Shown one piece after another: positions 51,861 through 62,897 of a stretch of 64,000 nt of DNA. Position numbers and translations under genes: made by a program. The DNA comes from Phycisphaerae bacterium. GTDB taxonomy: Bacteria > Planctomycetota > Phycisphaerae > UBA1845. The stretch covers positions 768,001 through 832,000 of the forward strand of contig CAXXGO010000001.1 of the NCBI GenBank assembly GCA_963666835.2, given 5' to 3'. The notes under the pieces are model-generated. The model saw only the letters and a program-made list of their open reading frames with translations, was not told the DNA's origin and did no database searches. Numbering within the stretch: position 1 is the first letter of the stretch; every line of letters starts with the position of its first letter.

Positions 51861-52557
51861 TTCTTCTCCTCCGTTTGGCGGATTAGCACACAGTGTGCGC
51901 CTCCTGGTTCTCTGTTTGGCCGAATGTGCCTTGGTGCGGGCACCCTACCTTCCCCGCGCATTTCGCATCCGAGCACGATCGCTTGGAGCGACGAGTTACC
52001 GTATATGTTCATCGTGTGGCAGCCGACTCCGTGCCGGCCGCTGACCCTTGGACGCGTTTAAGATGCGATTGTCTGCCGCGGGAAGAACGCTGACTTCGGA
52101 ACGATGCATCGCCACGCCCAACCTGTTGCATACACAGTGATAATCCTACCAGGACCGGGCGCCCAATGCAACCAATTTCTCCCGTTTTCCGTCTCCGAAG
52201 TCGCCGTGACAAGGCCATCTGCGTCCAATCTCAAACCAAACGTCGCATAAACCGGAGGCTTCGATTCGTTTGAACGACAGAATTCCCCGGCGAATCGCAT
52301 TCGTTTGCTGACCGCCGGCCGGTGTTAGGAAACCTCGCGTTGCGTGAAGTTGGCTGGCCGGGCGATCGGATTGCGGAAACACCGGTTCTCAATGCTCCGA
52401 GCCAAACGAATCGACCCGATTCATGCGAGGTTTGGGTCACACGGGGTTGGCGTGCAATCCGCGACCTTCGGGATGGCGTTATTGATGGAGGGTACAGACA
52501 CCCCGCCGAAGACGTCTCTTCATGCTGCAAGTTGGAATCGGCTCGGAGCCAGTCCGC

Positions 52558-54591
52558 TTAGTCGACCGCCGGATAGGCGCCGGTTGCGCCGTCGAATAAC
52601 ACCTCGCAGTCTGGAAGGGCTTTGAGGAACTTCCGACCGTAGGGTTTGCTTCGTATGCGCGGGTCGAGAATGACGATCGTTCCCCGGTCCGTGTGGGTGC
52701 GGACCAATCGGCCGATCCCTTGTTTGAACTTCAAGATGGCTTCCGGAAGCTGATAGTCCATGAACGGGCTGCCCCCGGCGGCGCGAATCCGCTCCAATCG
52801 GGCCTCCACCACCGGCTGGCTCGGCGCGGCGAACGGCAGTTTGACGATGATCACATTGCTAAGCGCCTCGCCGGGTACATCGACGCCCGCCCAGAAAGTG
52901 TCCGTACCGAACAGAACACTGCGCGGGACGGAACGAAACCGGTCCAGCATCATAGAACGCGGCATACCCGAATCCTGGACCAGCAGGGGCATCTCCTCTC
53001 TTTCAAAGAACGATGCCAAATCCATGGCACACTCGCGCATCATCGCATGACTGGTAAACAGAACGAAAGCCCGCCCCTCCGACATGGTCACATACTTGCG
53101 AATCGCGGTAGCCGCGGCAGTTGCGAACGCCGCGCCGTTGCGCGGATCGGGCATGTCGGCCGCCACATGGACTCGCACATTGGCCCGATAGTCGAACGGG
53201 GACCCCAACTGCAGTTCGCGGACCTCATCAAGCCCCAACCTCCCGCGGACGTAGCCGAACGCGTCGTCACCGGAGGTCGCCAAGGTTGCGGAAGTCATCA
53301 CGACGCTTTCGATCTTGTCGAACAGCAGTTCCTTGAGAATCGGACCGGCGTCGATCGGGCGAGCTCCGAGCCTGAGGTGCTGCCGCTGTCGCCCGAACGC
53401 CTCCACCCAGTACACCCAGTCCTCGAAGCTATGCTCGTGCCAGGCGCCCACCCCTGCGGCCAGCGCCTTGCACCGTTCCACCTGAGCTGACAGTTCGGCC
53501 CGATCCTCCTGGTCATCGATCTCGCTGCCCAGGGCTCGGATCTCCTGTTGAAGATCGGTCAACGCCGCGCCGACCGGCTGATTCAACGGCGGCGGTTCAA
53601 TCAGCCGACCGTTCCAATCCGGCTGCCGGACCATGAAGCCGCGGAGGTCGTCCAGGTAGCATTTGACCGCCGATTTTGTGCGGATCACGGATGCGATGGC
53701 TTCGCCCGCCTGCTTGCCGCGCAGGATCCCCTTGCCCGTACGTTCGTTGTGCAGCATGTTCAACAGGTGGGATAGCTGCGCACTGGTTACACTGCCGCCC
53801 AGATGATCGCCCGCGACGGATTCCACCGTATGGGCCTCGTCGAGAACGACAGCCGTGTAGTCAGGCAGAATCGACGCCCCTTGCCGCCGCACGGCCAGGT
53901 CTGAGAAAAGCAGCGCGTGATTGACGACCAGGAGCTGCGCCGCCCCGATCTGCCGCCGAGCCCGCTGGTAGAAGCAGCGCGCATGGTATGGGCACCGCCG
54001 ACCCAGGCACGCGTCCGATTCGCTGCAGACTTTGTCCCACACGGACTGGCGCGGTTGCCAGTCCAGATCGGCCAACGATCCGTCCTCGGTTTCATACGCC
54101 CAGTCTTCGAGCCGGTGCAACTCGGCCACCTCGTCGTCGGTGTCGAAAAGATAGCCCTGCCCCTTGCTCGCCCGGGCCATCCGCCGCAATCCGACGTAGT
54201 TCGCCCGCCCCTTGACCAACACGGCCGTGAACTCTTCGGGGTAGATCTTCTGCAGGAAAGGAATGTCCTTTTCGATAAGCTGTTCCTGCAGGGCGATGGT
54301 GTGCGTGCTGACGATGACCCGGCGGGACTTGCTCAGGGCATGTTCGATGGCCGGGATAAGGTAGGCGAAGCTCTTTCCGACCCCGGTCCCGGCCTCGACA
54401 ACCAAGTGCTCGCCATCGGCCATAGCTCCCGCTACCGCTTCGGCCATTTCGAGCTGCTGCTGACGAACCTCGTAGTTGGGCAGCGTTTTCGCTACCCGCC
54501 CATCCTGCCCCAGAATCTCAATATGTCCCGCCAACCGCTCCGTCTCCGTTAGCCTATGGGCCTTAAGCTCGCTGAACACCGAGTCCATCAC
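52558..54591 (-). CDS. DinG/YoaA-family ATP-dependent helicase
   Basis: EAGTGVGKS, STHTIALQEQL, KGRANY, Fe-S Cys residues, VNHALL, LDEAH, TSATL, FWAGVDVPG, KQGIGRLVR. Confidence 0.92.
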   Translation of the reverse strand: MMDSVFSELKAHRLTETERLAGHIEILGQDGRVAKTLPNYEVRQQQLEMAEAVAGAMADGEHLVVEAGTGVGKSFAYLIPAIEHALSKSRRVIVSTHTIALQEQLIEKDIPFLQKIYPEEFTAVLVKGRANYVGLRRMARASKGQGYLFDTDDEVAELHRLEDWAYETEDGSLADLDWQPRQSVWDKVCSESDACLGRRCPYHARCFYQRARRQIGAAQLLVVNHALLFSDLAVRRQGASILPDYTAVVLDEAHTVESVAGDHLGGSVTSAQLSHLLNMLHNERTGKGILRGKQAGEAIASVIRTKSAVKCYLDDLRGFMVRQPDWNGRLIEPPPLNQPVGAALTDLQQEIRALGSEIDDQEDRAELSAQVERCKALAAGVGAWHEHSFEDWVYWVEAFGRQRQHLRLGARPIDAGPILKELLFDKIESVVMTSATLATSGDDAFGYVRGRLGLDEVRELQLGSPFDYRANVRVHVAADMPDPRNGAAFATAAATAIRKYVTMSEGRAFVLFTSHAMMRECAMDLASFFEREEMPLLVQDSGMPRSMMLDRFRSVPRSVLFGTDTFWAGVDVPGEALSNVIIVKLPFAAPSQPVVEARLERIRAAGGSPFMDYQLPEAILKFKQGIGRLVRTHTDRGTIVILDPRIRSKPYGRKFLKALPDCEVLFDGATGAYPAVD

Positions 54592-54802
54592 AGGAACTCG
54601 AAACCACGCCGATAGTCGGCCCGGAGGTCACCGTCAGGCGGGGAGGCCTCCTTCCGAACGTCTGCTTCCCGTGCTCGTTCAGCGTAGCCGGTCACAGAGC
54701 GCAAGCCAAGGAGGGGACCTCGTAATCCGGTGGTGCTTGGCGATGTAGCGCGGGCACGGCAGTCCCTTTGTCCTTGCACGACGACGCGCGTAGAATCCGG
54801 CC

Positions 54803-55912
54803 ATGGCCGTGGTGGATCTTCCGGGACAGGTTGAGCCGCAATCGATCCTGGTCGTACTGCCCACCTGGGTGGGCGACTTCGTGATGGCGACGCCTATTCT
54901 GCGCGCAATCCGCAAGCGTTTTCCCAAGGCTAGAATTACGTTCTTGATGGAGCCCAACTTGCATGATCTCGTGCGGGGCGGGGATTGGATGGACGAGTGC
55001 CTCGAGTGGCCTCCAAAGGAGCGGCGCAAGCCATGGAACCGTGAGTATCGCAAGGTCGCGGCCGCCTTGCGAGCCCGGCGGCTTGACTGGGCGGTGATGC
55101 TTCCGAACTCGGCCCGGTCGGCGTTGATTGCTTTCATGGCCCGAGCTAAACGTCGAATCGGCTACAATCGCGACGGACGCGGTTTCTTGTTAACCGACCG
55201 CGTTCCGGTGAAGAACCGCGTGGACGGCAAGTTCGTTCCGGTACCGATGGTGGAACATTACGCGGACCTTGCCAAGGCGATCGGCTGTGAGCGGCCTTCC
55301 GATCGGCTCGAGCTGTTCACTACTCCGGATTGCGATGAGTCCGTCCGGCAACGCCTCGAAGGAGTGGGGGCGAGGGGCTCCGGACCGCTGGTCGTCATCA
55401 GCCCGGGGGCGAAATACGGCGCCGCCAAGTGCTGGCCACCGGATCGGTTCGCCTGCGTGGCAGATCGGCTGGTAGAAGAGCAAGGCGCGTCCGTCGTCAT
55501 CACGTGCGGTCCGGGCGAGGAGGGAATCGCTCGGAGTATCGGCTCTGCCATGAAGCAGCGGGGGCTCGTCTTCGACGATCCGCGTTTGACGCTCGGTGAG
55601 TTAAAGTCGCTTGTTCGGCGGTGCGACCTGCTGATCTGTAACGATGCCGGGCCTCGGCATTTTGCCAAGGCCTTTGATGTTCCCGTTGTGACCGTGTTCG
55701 GTCCCACCCATGTCGAGTGGACGGCCACAAGCTACGCCGCGGAACGGATCGTGCGCATTGACGTCGACTGCGGGCCCTGCCAGAAGCGCGATTGCCCTTT
55801 GGGGCACGTTAAGTGCATGACGGGAGTCACCGTCGACGCAGTATTCGGGGCCGCAATCGAGCTGCTCTCCGAGAACACAACTTCGCAGGCTGTCGATGAC
55901 CAACATGGCTAG
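54803..55912 (+). CDS. waaF: Lipopolysaccharide heptosyltransferase II (GT9)
   Basis: PTWVGDFVMATP, LPNS.RSAL, PGAKYGAAKCWP, NDAGPRH, FGPT, CGPCQKRDCPLGH. Confidence 0.88.
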   Translation: MAVVDLPGQVEPQSILVVLPTWVGDFVMATPILRAIRKRFPKARITFLMEPNLHDLVRGGDWMDECLEWPPKERRKPWNREYRKVAAALRARRLDWAVMLPNSARSALIAFMARAKRRIGYNRDGRGFLLTDRVPVKNRVDGKFVPVPMVEHYADLAKAIGCERPSDRLELFTTPDCDESVRQRLEGVGARGSGPLVVISPGAKYGAAKCWPPDRFACVADRLVEEQGASVVITCGPGEEGIARSIGSAMKQRGLVFDDPRLTLGELKSLVRRCDLLICNDAGPRHFAKAFDVPVVTVFGPTHVEWTATSYAAERIVRIDVDCGPCQKRDCPLGHVKCMTGVTVDAVFGAAIELLSENTTSQAVDDQHG

Positions 55913-56777
55913 TCCTCCATCGACAAAGCTGGTTTCGCTAAACGACCTAACGGTAGTGGCCGGCAACGAGGAGCTGCTGCAGGCTAACGGTCTCGATTCG
56001 CTCGATGCCCTGTTCGTGCCGGAGCCGGGTGAGGCCTTGGACAAGCCCGGGTTGGAGTCGTGGCGGGAGCGTTTCCGGCTGACCTTAGAGGGCGTGGGGG
56101 CTGGCAGAACGGCGTATCTGAAGCGTTTTCGAGATCCTCCGCCCGCGGCGCGGCGCGAGGTGCGCCGCGCGGCCAACGGCGCGCGCAGTGTGGCCGGTCT
56201 GGAATGGAGCTGGATGCACAGACTCGCCGCGGACGGCATTCCGTGCGTCAGGCCTATTGCCTGGGGCGAGCAGTTGGAGGGAAGTCGGGAGCGGCGGAGC
56301 GCTGTTATTAGCGCGGCGGTCCCCGGCCGATCGCTGGAGCGGTGGACAGGGGAGTGGTCGTCGGTGGATCGCCCTCGCATTCGCAGTTTGCTGCCGGTGG
56401 CGGCCAGTTTGGTGGCGAGCCTGCACCGCCACGGCTACGTCCATCGAGATTTGTACCTATCGCACGTTTTTTACGAACCGACGGCTTCGCTTGATGAATC
56501 TCTGTGTCTGATCGATTTGCAGCGGGTGAAGCGTCCGGTCTGGTTCACTGAGCGGTGGCTGGTCAAAGACCTGGCGGCCTTGAACTACTCCACTCCGGCG
56601 TCGCTCGTATCCCGGACGGATCGTCTGCGCTGGTTGAAGCTGTACCTTGGGGGAAAGACAATCGACGCGCGTGCCAAACGGCTAGCCTGGCGGGTCGTCG
56701 GCAAGACGCTTCAGATTGCCCGACACGATCGACGGAGGTTGGCTCGGGTTGCCAAGAGAGGCGGTGCGGGTCGATGA
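55896..56777 (+). CDS. LPS-core heptose kinase (WaaP/Kdo-kinase-like)
   Basis: YLKRF, E...MHRL..GIP, LH..GYVHRDLYLSH, IDLQR, KDLAAL. Confidence 0.82.
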   Translation: MTNMASPPSTKLVSLNDLTVVAGNEELLQANGLDSLDALFVPEPGEALDKPGLESWRERFRLTLEGVGAGRTAYLKRFRDPPPAARREVRRAANGARSVAGLEWSWMHRLAADGIPCVRPIAWGEQLEGSRERRSAVISAAVPGRSLERWTGEWSSVDRPRIRSLLPVAASLVASLHRHGYVHRDLYLSHVFYEPTASLDESLCLIDLQRVKRPVWFTERWLVKDLAALNYSTPASLVSRTDRLRWLKLYLGGKTIDARAKRLAWRVVGKTLQIARHDRRRLARVAKRGGAGR

Positions 56778-57946
56778 GAGTGGCGCTGATTTCAGAGTGG
56801 TTGGACGCCTGGCGCGGCGGCGCTGAGAAATCGACTCTCCAGTTTCTGCACCATTTGATGGGCAGCGGAGTCGAGCTGCACGTCTTTACGCGCAGCCGCC
56901 CGTCTCCCACCCCGGGCATGGCCGTGCATACGATCAGCGGAGCCGCCATGTCACGCACCCGGCGCAGTATGACGTTCGCCCGGCGAGTGGAACGGCTCCT
57001 TCGGTCGGAGACCTTCGACATTGCGCATGCGATATCTCCGTGCCGAGGTATTGACATCTATCAGCCGCGTGGAGGCACCGTCGCCGAATCCGTTCAGCGG
57101 AATCTGGCTTTGCATCGGGCTCCGACGATGCGTCTGGCCAAGCGCCACGCCAACTTATTCAACTTCAAGCAGCGATACATGCTGGCTCTGGAACGGCGCC
57201 TATTCGAATCGCCGGACGGTCCGGTGATCGTGGCCATCTCCGACTACGTCGTGCGGCAACTTCAGAATCATTTCGGGGTGCCCAAGGAACGCATCCGCAA
57301 GATCTACAACGGGGTGAACGTCGATGCGTCGACCACGGAAGAGCGAATTCGCGACCGGATCAGGATCCGGCGGATGTTCTCTATTGCAGATGAAGATTTG
57401 CTGGTGATTCTCGTTGCTCACAACTTCCGTCTCAAGGGCGTTCAACGTTGGATGGAGGCCCTGTCGGTGCTGAACGGGGCCGGGGCAACCGGGATCCGCT
57501 CGATCGTGATCGGCAAAGGGGAGTCGGATCACTGGCACCGAACCGCCGCCCGTTTGGGGATTGCCGACCGGCTGACCTTCGCAGGCCCGAGTGATCGGGT
57601 CCGCGCGTTTCACCATGCCGCGGACGTGCTGGTTCACCCGACCTACTACGACCCCTGCAGCCGCGTGGTCCTTGAAGCGATGGTGGCAGGTCTGCCGGTG
57701 GTGACTACCCGTTGGGATGGCGCCGCCGAGATGGTTGTGGACGGGGAGAACGGATACGTTCTGGATGATCCGGACCATGTGGATCTGCTTGTGGACCGGA
57801 TCGAGCGCCTGCGCGATCGAGACCACCGCGAAGCGCTGGGCGCGGGGGCGGCAAAGGTCGCCGAGCAAGTCAGCATGGCCCGCCACGCCCGAGAGATGCT
57901 CGGCCTGTACGAAGACCTCAGCGCGCCTGCGGAGCGCAAGCCATGA
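56774..57946 (+). CDS. Glycosyltransferase family 4 (WaaG-like)
   Basis: RGGAE, YNGV, NFRLKG, HPTYYDPCSRVVLEAM..GLPVVTT. Confidence 0.88.
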   Translation: MRVALISEWLDAWRGGAEKSTLQFLHHLMGSGVELHVFTRSRPSPTPGMAVHTISGAAMSRTRRSMTFARRVERLLRSETFDIAHAISPCRGIDIYQPRGGTVAESVQRNLALHRAPTMRLAKRHANLFNFKQRYMLALERRLFESPDGPVIVAISDYVVRQLQNHFGVPKERIRKIYNGVNVDASTTEERIRDRIRIRRMFSIADEDLLVILVAHNFRLKGVQRWMEALSVLNGAGATGIRSIVIGKGESDHWHRTAARLGIADRLTFAGPSDRVRAFHHAADVLVHPTYYDPCSRVVLEAMVAGLPVVTTRWDGAAEMVVDGENGYVLDDPDHVDLLVDRIERLRDRDHREALGAGAAKVAEQVSMARHAREMLGLYEDLSAPAERKP

Positions 57947-58638
57947 CGGTGGGGGCGCTGGTGGCCGGGGCGGTTCTGGGCAGCTACTTAGTCGGCGGAA
58001 TCCCGTTCGGAGTCATCATCGGCAGGATAAAGGGCGTTGACATTCGTCAGGCGGGCAGCGGCAATATCGGGGCCACGAATGTCGGGCGACTACTCGGACG
58101 TCGTTGGGGCGTGATCACCTTCTTCCTCGATGCCGCCAAGGGACTGATCCCGACCGGAACCACGGGGTGGCTTCTGACCCATCATGTTGCCGCGGAAGCT
58201 CTGTCCGACTCGACCCTGGCACTGTATTGGCTGCTGGCGGCCTTCTGTACGGTTCTGGGGCACAACTTCTCCCCGTTTCTCCGTCTGCGCGGTGGGAAGG
58301 GCGTCGCCACGTCGCTCGGCGCGGCGCTGGGGATTTATCCGGACCTATCTCAACCAGCTCTCGTAGCGTTGGTATTGTGGATTGCGGTCGTTGGTTGGTC
58401 GCGGATCAGTTCTCTGGGATCCCTGACGGCCGCTGCAGCCTTCCCGGTGATCTACGTCGTGCTGGCGTGGCACCGGGGCGACTCTCCAACGGGGCATTGG
58501 CCGTACCTTATGTTCTCTCTGCTTATCGCTACCATGCTGATCCTGCGACACCGCGCAAATGTTGCTCGACTGCGGATGGGGACCGAGGCTCGCCTGGAGG
58601 GGAGTGAACGCTCGCCCTCGTCGTCTGATCGGGATTGA
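57943..58638 (+). CDS. plsY: Glycerol-3-phosphate acyltransferase
   Basis: YLVGGIPFG, DIRQAGSGNIGATNVGR, GHNFS.FL..RGGKGVAT, RHRANV.RL..GTE. Confidence 0.94.
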   Translation: MTVGALVAGAVLGSYLVGGIPFGVIIGRIKGVDIRQAGSGNIGATNVGRLLGRRWGVITFFLDAAKGLIPTGTTGWLLTHHVAAEALSDSTLALYWLLAAFCTVLGHNFSPFLRLRGGKGVATSLGAALGIYPDLSQPALVALVLWIAVVGWSRISSLGSLTAAAAFPVIYVVLAWHRGDSPTGHWPYLMFSLLIATMLILRHRANVARLRMGTEARLEGSERSPSSSDRD

Positions 58639-58758
58639 GTCACTCGAGTCCGGCGACGCTGGTTCAGGATCACGCCGGCGGCGTCCGAGATTATCGAGGG
58701 GGTCCGAATTCACCGACCGATCATCTCGGCAAAATACGCGCATTTAGCTGATGAGCCC

Positions 58759-58788
58759 TTGTATAGGGGGTGGTTGCTTTGGTATCTT
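58759..58788 (+). promoter_or_regulatory. Possible sigma70 promoter for the 58900 gene
   Basis: TTGTAT-N18-TATCTT with extended -10 TG at 58780-58781. Confidence 0.3.
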
Positions 58789-58899
58789 GTGCCCTTTTGC
58801 CGTCGGCGTGCCCCGGGGCATCGAGGAGGAGATGCGAGCGGCGGGCGCCTAGAATAACGATGGAGCGGGGAATCGAGACTCTATCAGGCGTGTGAAGCG

Positions 58900-60588
58900 A
58901 TGAGTGATAGTGGTGTCAAGCAGTTGCATGTGTTGGTTCTGGGGTCCGCGGAAGACGACACTGATTTTGCCCACCAGTTAGACTCTCATGCTCAGGTAAA
59001 ACATGTTGATTCGGTCGATGCGGCGTTGCGCGCCTTGCGCACCGAGCCGTTCGATATGGTAATCTGCCGCGCCGCTGACTTCTCGCGCTTGGGCAGTATG
59101 CGTTCGATCGGCGAGACGGCCGCCATCCTCGACGGGGTTGGTCAGGGGATCGGCATTGTCGGAAGATCCGGTGGTCTCGATTGGGCCAATCCGAAGCTTC
59201 TCAGCTTTCCTGATGAAGTCCGCGAGCAGGTCGGTGCGTTCTGCATGGAGACCTTCAATTGGGCCCAAGCGGAAGTCGAAGCCGGTTCCGTTCATGTGCG
59301 TGGTCGCCGCCTGAGTTTCAACACCGAGAACAACGACTACTTCGAGGTTACCGCCACTCCCGTTATCGACTTGCAGAATCGGATTACGCAGGTCGCCGCG
59401 GTCGTATGGGATGTGACGAACGCCAAACGGCTGCAGGATAAGATCGATGCCATCGATCGCGCCGGGCGTGAGTTACTGAACCTGGATGCCGAGCAATTCT
59501 CGCGGCTGGACGTTCAGGAGCGTCTGTCGTTTCTGGAGCAACGAGTGCTCCGCTGCACTAAAGAGATCCTCTGCTTCGAACACTCCGAGATTCGCCTCCT
59601 CAACCGTAAGACCAATCAGTTGGAACTGGTGCTTGCTTCCGGGATGACCTCGTCCGTGGCCGACGCCGATGTCTATGCCAACGGTGAGGGTAACGGTATC
59701 TGCGGATATGTAGCCGCCCGCGGCCGGAGCTATATCTGTGCCGACGCCCGCAAAGACCCGCGCTTCCGTCCGGTGGTTGATGACGCCCGGTCGTCGTTGA
59801 CGGTGCCGTTAATGCTGCAGGATAAGGTCATCGGGGTTGCCCATTTCGAGAGTGCGGGACTGGCGTCCTTTACGGAGGATGACCGCCAGTTTGCGGAAAT
59901 CTTCGGACGCTACGTCGCTTTGGCGCTGAACGTCCTCGAGTTGGTGAATACGGAACGGTACACGACAACCGGCCGGCTCGGCTCCAATGTCATGGCGGAA
60001 ATAACCGCCCCATTGAACGACATCCTCACCGACGTGGAGATGTTGGTGGAAGACTATATCGGGCACGACGACCTGCGGCATCGGCTGCGGTCGCTTTCGG
60101 AAAACGCAGTCCGCATCCGCGAGACGATTAAGGAACTCACCTCGACCAAGCCGGGCGTAGTCGGAGTACAGCGGGCTGCCCCGATCCACGATGATCCGGT
60201 ACTCAGTGGAAAGCGCATTCTCGTAGCTGAAGACGAAGAGATCATCCGCGAGACGGTCTGTGATGTGCTCGCCGGTTACGGGTGTTTGGTCAGCGCGGCT
60301 GTAGATGGAGCCGTGGCGATCGAGCTGCTGTCCAAGCAGTCTTTCGATCTCGTGCTCAGCGATATCAAAATGCCGACCAAGACCGGCTATGACGTGTTCG
60401 CGGCCGCCAAGGACGCCAACCCGGACACGCCGGTCATTCTGACGACGGGGTTCGGCTACGACCCTAACCACTCGATCGTACGCGCCCGTCGGGAAGGTCT
60501 GGCCGCCGTGTTGTTCAAGCCGTTCAAGGTAGATCAGTTACTCACCGAAATCCGCATGGCTCTCACGAGTGTAGAGCAAGAGCAGTAG
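58900..60588 (+). CDS. Multi-domain signalling protein: degenerate REC, PAS, GAF, His-less HisKA-like helix, REC
   Basis: GAF-like GICGYVAA..RSYIC...SLTVPL; MAEITAPL where HE..PL is expected; C-terminal ILVAEDE...DLVLSDIKMP...LTTG...KPF. Confidence 0.8.
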   Translation: MSDSGVKQLHVLVLGSAEDDTDFAHQLDSHAQVKHVDSVDAALRALRTEPFDMVICRAADFSRLGSMRSIGETAAILDGVGQGIGIVGRSGGLDWANPKLLSFPDEVREQVGAFCMETFNWAQAEVEAGSVHVRGRRLSFNTENNDYFEVTATPVIDLQNRITQVAAVVWDVTNAKRLQDKIDAIDRAGRELLNLDAEQFSRLDVQERLSFLEQRVLRCTKEILCFEHSEIRLLNRKTNQLELVLASGMTSSVADADVYANGEGNGICGYVAARGRSYICADARKDPRFRPVVDDARSSLTVPLMLQDKVIGVAHFESAGLASFTEDDRQFAEIFGRYVALALNVLELVNTERYTTTGRLGSNVMAEITAPLNDILTDVEMLVEDYIGHDDLRHRLRSLSENAVRIRETIKELTSTKPGVVGVQRAAPIHDDPVLSGKRILVAEDEEIIRETVCDVLAGYGCLVSAAVDGAVAIELLSKQSFDLVLSDIKMPTKTGYDVFAAAKDANPDTPVILTTGFGYDPNHSIVRARREGLAAVLFKPFKVDQLLTEIRMALTSVEQEQ

Positions 60589-60944
60589 CCGTCTTCGATT
60601 CGGCTTTTTCATCGTCTTCCGGCAAGCCGTTTGCGTATCGCTCGTTCTGTCACATTGATGTAACGGGATCCCGATCGGTAAACGTCGAGTGCCCAACGCC
60701 TGTCCACCCGATCTGCCGACGCTCCGTCCTTACAAACGCCTGTTAAAATGCGGAATTCGCGCCGTGCGCCGCCCCGAATGCAATGCCGATGGGATGCCCG
60801 TCGGGCTCACGTAAGGGGCGGGCCACGCCGGCTCCGGCACATTTTTGACAGGCGGGCGGCCTTGCTTGCGTCTGTTCCCCCACACGGATAAGTTTTTGCT
60901 TCCCTAGGATGCTGACTGAACGAAGTCGTTGGAGCCAAAGCGCG

Positions 60945-61943
60945 ATGTCCACAACCGAAATCGACGTTAAACAGATAGGCCAGCAGGTGGCCGAGAAGAG
61001 CGAGCCCTTTCGTCGACTACTCGAACAGATGCACCGGGTTGTTGTTGGGCAAGACGAGTTACTAAACCGCATGTTCGTGGGACTGCTGTCGAACGGGCAT
61101 ATCCTGGTGGAAGGCGTACCCGGCTTGGCTAAGACCACGGCCGTCGCCTGCCTGGCGCGCGGCATCAAGACGAAATTCCAGCGCCTCCAGTTTACCCCGG
61201 ACCTGCTCCCGGCTGATCTTATCGGGACCCTGGTCTACCGGCCCAACGACGGGACCTTTGCGGTGCAGAAAGGGCCGATCTTCGCCAACATAATCCTTGC
61301 CGACGAGATCAACCGCGCCCCGGCCAAGGTACAGTCGGCGTTGTTAGAGGCGATGCAGGAACGGCAGGTCACGATCGGGAAGGAGACCTTCCCTCTGGAT
61401 CAGCCCTTCCTGGTCATGGCCACCCAGAATCCGATCGAGCAAGAGGGGACCTACCCGCTGCCCGAGGCCCAGGTCGACCGGTTTATGCTGAAACTGGTCG
61501 TCACCTATCCCACGAGAGATGAGGAGCGGGCGATTCTGGATCGGATGGCTGCGACTGCTCCGGAGATCGAGGTCGATTCCGTCATGGCTCCGGAGGAGAT
61601 CCTGGCCGCGCGCCGCATTGTGGACGAGATCTACATCGACGAGAAGATCAAGGACTATATTGTCAGCCTGACGCTCGCGACGCGGGATCCGGGGTCGTTC
61701 AATCTGCCGATTGCCGACTGGGTTCAATACGGGGCCTCGCCGCGGGCGACGTTGGCGATGACGGTCGGCGCCAAAGCCACCGCGTTCTTGGCGGGCCGCG
61801 GGTTTGTCACCCCGCAGGACGTCAAGACAATCGCCATGGACGTACTGCGACATCGGGTCATCATTACTTACGAAGCGGAAGCGGAAGAGAAGACCGCCGA
61901 GGACGTGGTCCAGGCGGTCTTGGACCATGTGCCCGTACCCTGA
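60945..61943 (+). CDS. MoxR-family AAA+ ATPase
   Basis: EGVPGLAKT, QFTPDLLPAD, DEINRAPAKVQSALLEAM, ATQNPIEQEGTYPLPEAQ.DRF, GASPRA. Confidence 0.95.
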   Translation: MSTTEIDVKQIGQQVAEKSEPFRRLLEQMHRVVVGQDELLNRMFVGLLSNGHILVEGVPGLAKTTAVACLARGIKTKFQRLQFTPDLLPADLIGTLVYRPNDGTFAVQKGPIFANIILADEINRAPAKVQSALLEAMQERQVTIGKETFPLDQPFLVMATQNPIEQEGTYPLPEAQVDRFMLKLVVTYPTRDEERAILDRMAATAPEIEVDSVMAPEEILAARRIVDEIYIDEKIKDYIVSLTLATRDPGSFNLPIADWVQYGASPRATLAMTVGAKATAFLAGRGFVTPQDVKTIAMDVLRHRVIITYEAEAEEKTAEDVVQAVLDHVPVP

Positions 61944-61963
61944 CGTGTCTTATACGTGAAGCC

Positions 61964-62839
61964 ATGATCCCGAAAGAACTGCTCAAGAAAGTACGCCAGA
62001 TTCAGATTCGCACGTCGCGGACGGTAAACGACGTCCTAGCCGGGCGGTATCATTCTGCGTTTCGCGGCCGGGGCATGGAGTTCGAAGAGGTATGCCCTTA
62101 TCAGATCGGCGACGACGTGCGCCTGATCGACTGGAATGTGTCGGCGCGATACGGCGAGCCGTACATCAAGAAGTTCCGCGAGGAACGTGAGCTGACCGTC
62201 ATGCTGGTCGTCGATGCGAGCCCGTCGGGGCTGTTCGGCAGTGCTCGGCAGTTCAAGCTCGACCTAGCCACCGAGCTGTGCGCGGTCTTGGCGTTTTCGG
62301 CGATCCGCAGTAACGACAAGGTGGGCCTGATCCTCTTTTCGGATGATGTGGAGCAATACGTGCCGGCCAAGAAGGGCACGCGGCACGTTTTGCGCATTAT
62401 TCGCGAGCTGCTCTATCACGAGCCCCGCGGTCGAGGGACGGACATCGCCCAGGCACTGAACTTCCTGAATCGGGTGACCGTGCGCAAGTCCGTGTGCTTT
62501 CTGGTCAGCGATTTTCTGGCGGCTGATTACGAGCCGGCCTTACGAATCGCGCGGCGCCGGCACGATCTGATTCCGATTGTGGTAACCGATCCGCGCGAGC
62601 TCGAATTGCCGAAGGTCGGGTTGATCGAGCTTGAAGATCCGGAAACCGGCGAGCGGATGGTAGTAGATACCGCCAGCCGTTCCGTTCGTCGACGTTATGC
62701 CGCGAATGCTCGGCAACGATCCGCGGAACGTGAGACGATGTTCCGGCGGATGGACACGGCGACTATCGACATCCAAACGGACCAGCCATACGTCGATCAG
62801 TTGGTGCGCTTCTTCCGCCAGCGGGAGAGACGGCGCTAA
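61964..62839 (+). CDS. DUF58 domain protein
   Basis: FRGRGMEFEE...YQ.GDDVR.IDWNVSAR, EEREL, VSDF; follows MoxR. Confidence 0.92.
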   Translation: MIPKELLKKVRQIQIRTSRTVNDVLAGRYHSAFRGRGMEFEEVCPYQIGDDVRLIDWNVSARYGEPYIKKFREERELTVMLVVDASPSGLFGSARQFKLDLATELCAVLAFSAIRSNDKVGLILFSDDVEQYVPAKKGTRHVLRIIRELLYHEPRGRGTDIAQALNFLNRVTVRKSVCFLVSDFLAADYEPALRIARRRHDLIPIVVTDPRELELPKVGLIELEDPETGERMVVDTASRSVRRRYAANARQRSAERETMFRRMDTATIDIQTDQPYVDQLVRFFRQRERRR

Positions 62840-62897
62840 AGCGGTGCGAACTGAAAGGGGGCGAGAAACGTAGTCTGGGAGGAGCGTTTCTAAACGG

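Noticed and set aside
51870..52550. Riboswitch or ncRNA in the long intergenic region (also 32130-32600 and 17200-18050)
   Set aside because: No recognisable riboswitch, tRNA or rRNA signature by eye; a covariance-model search would be needed.
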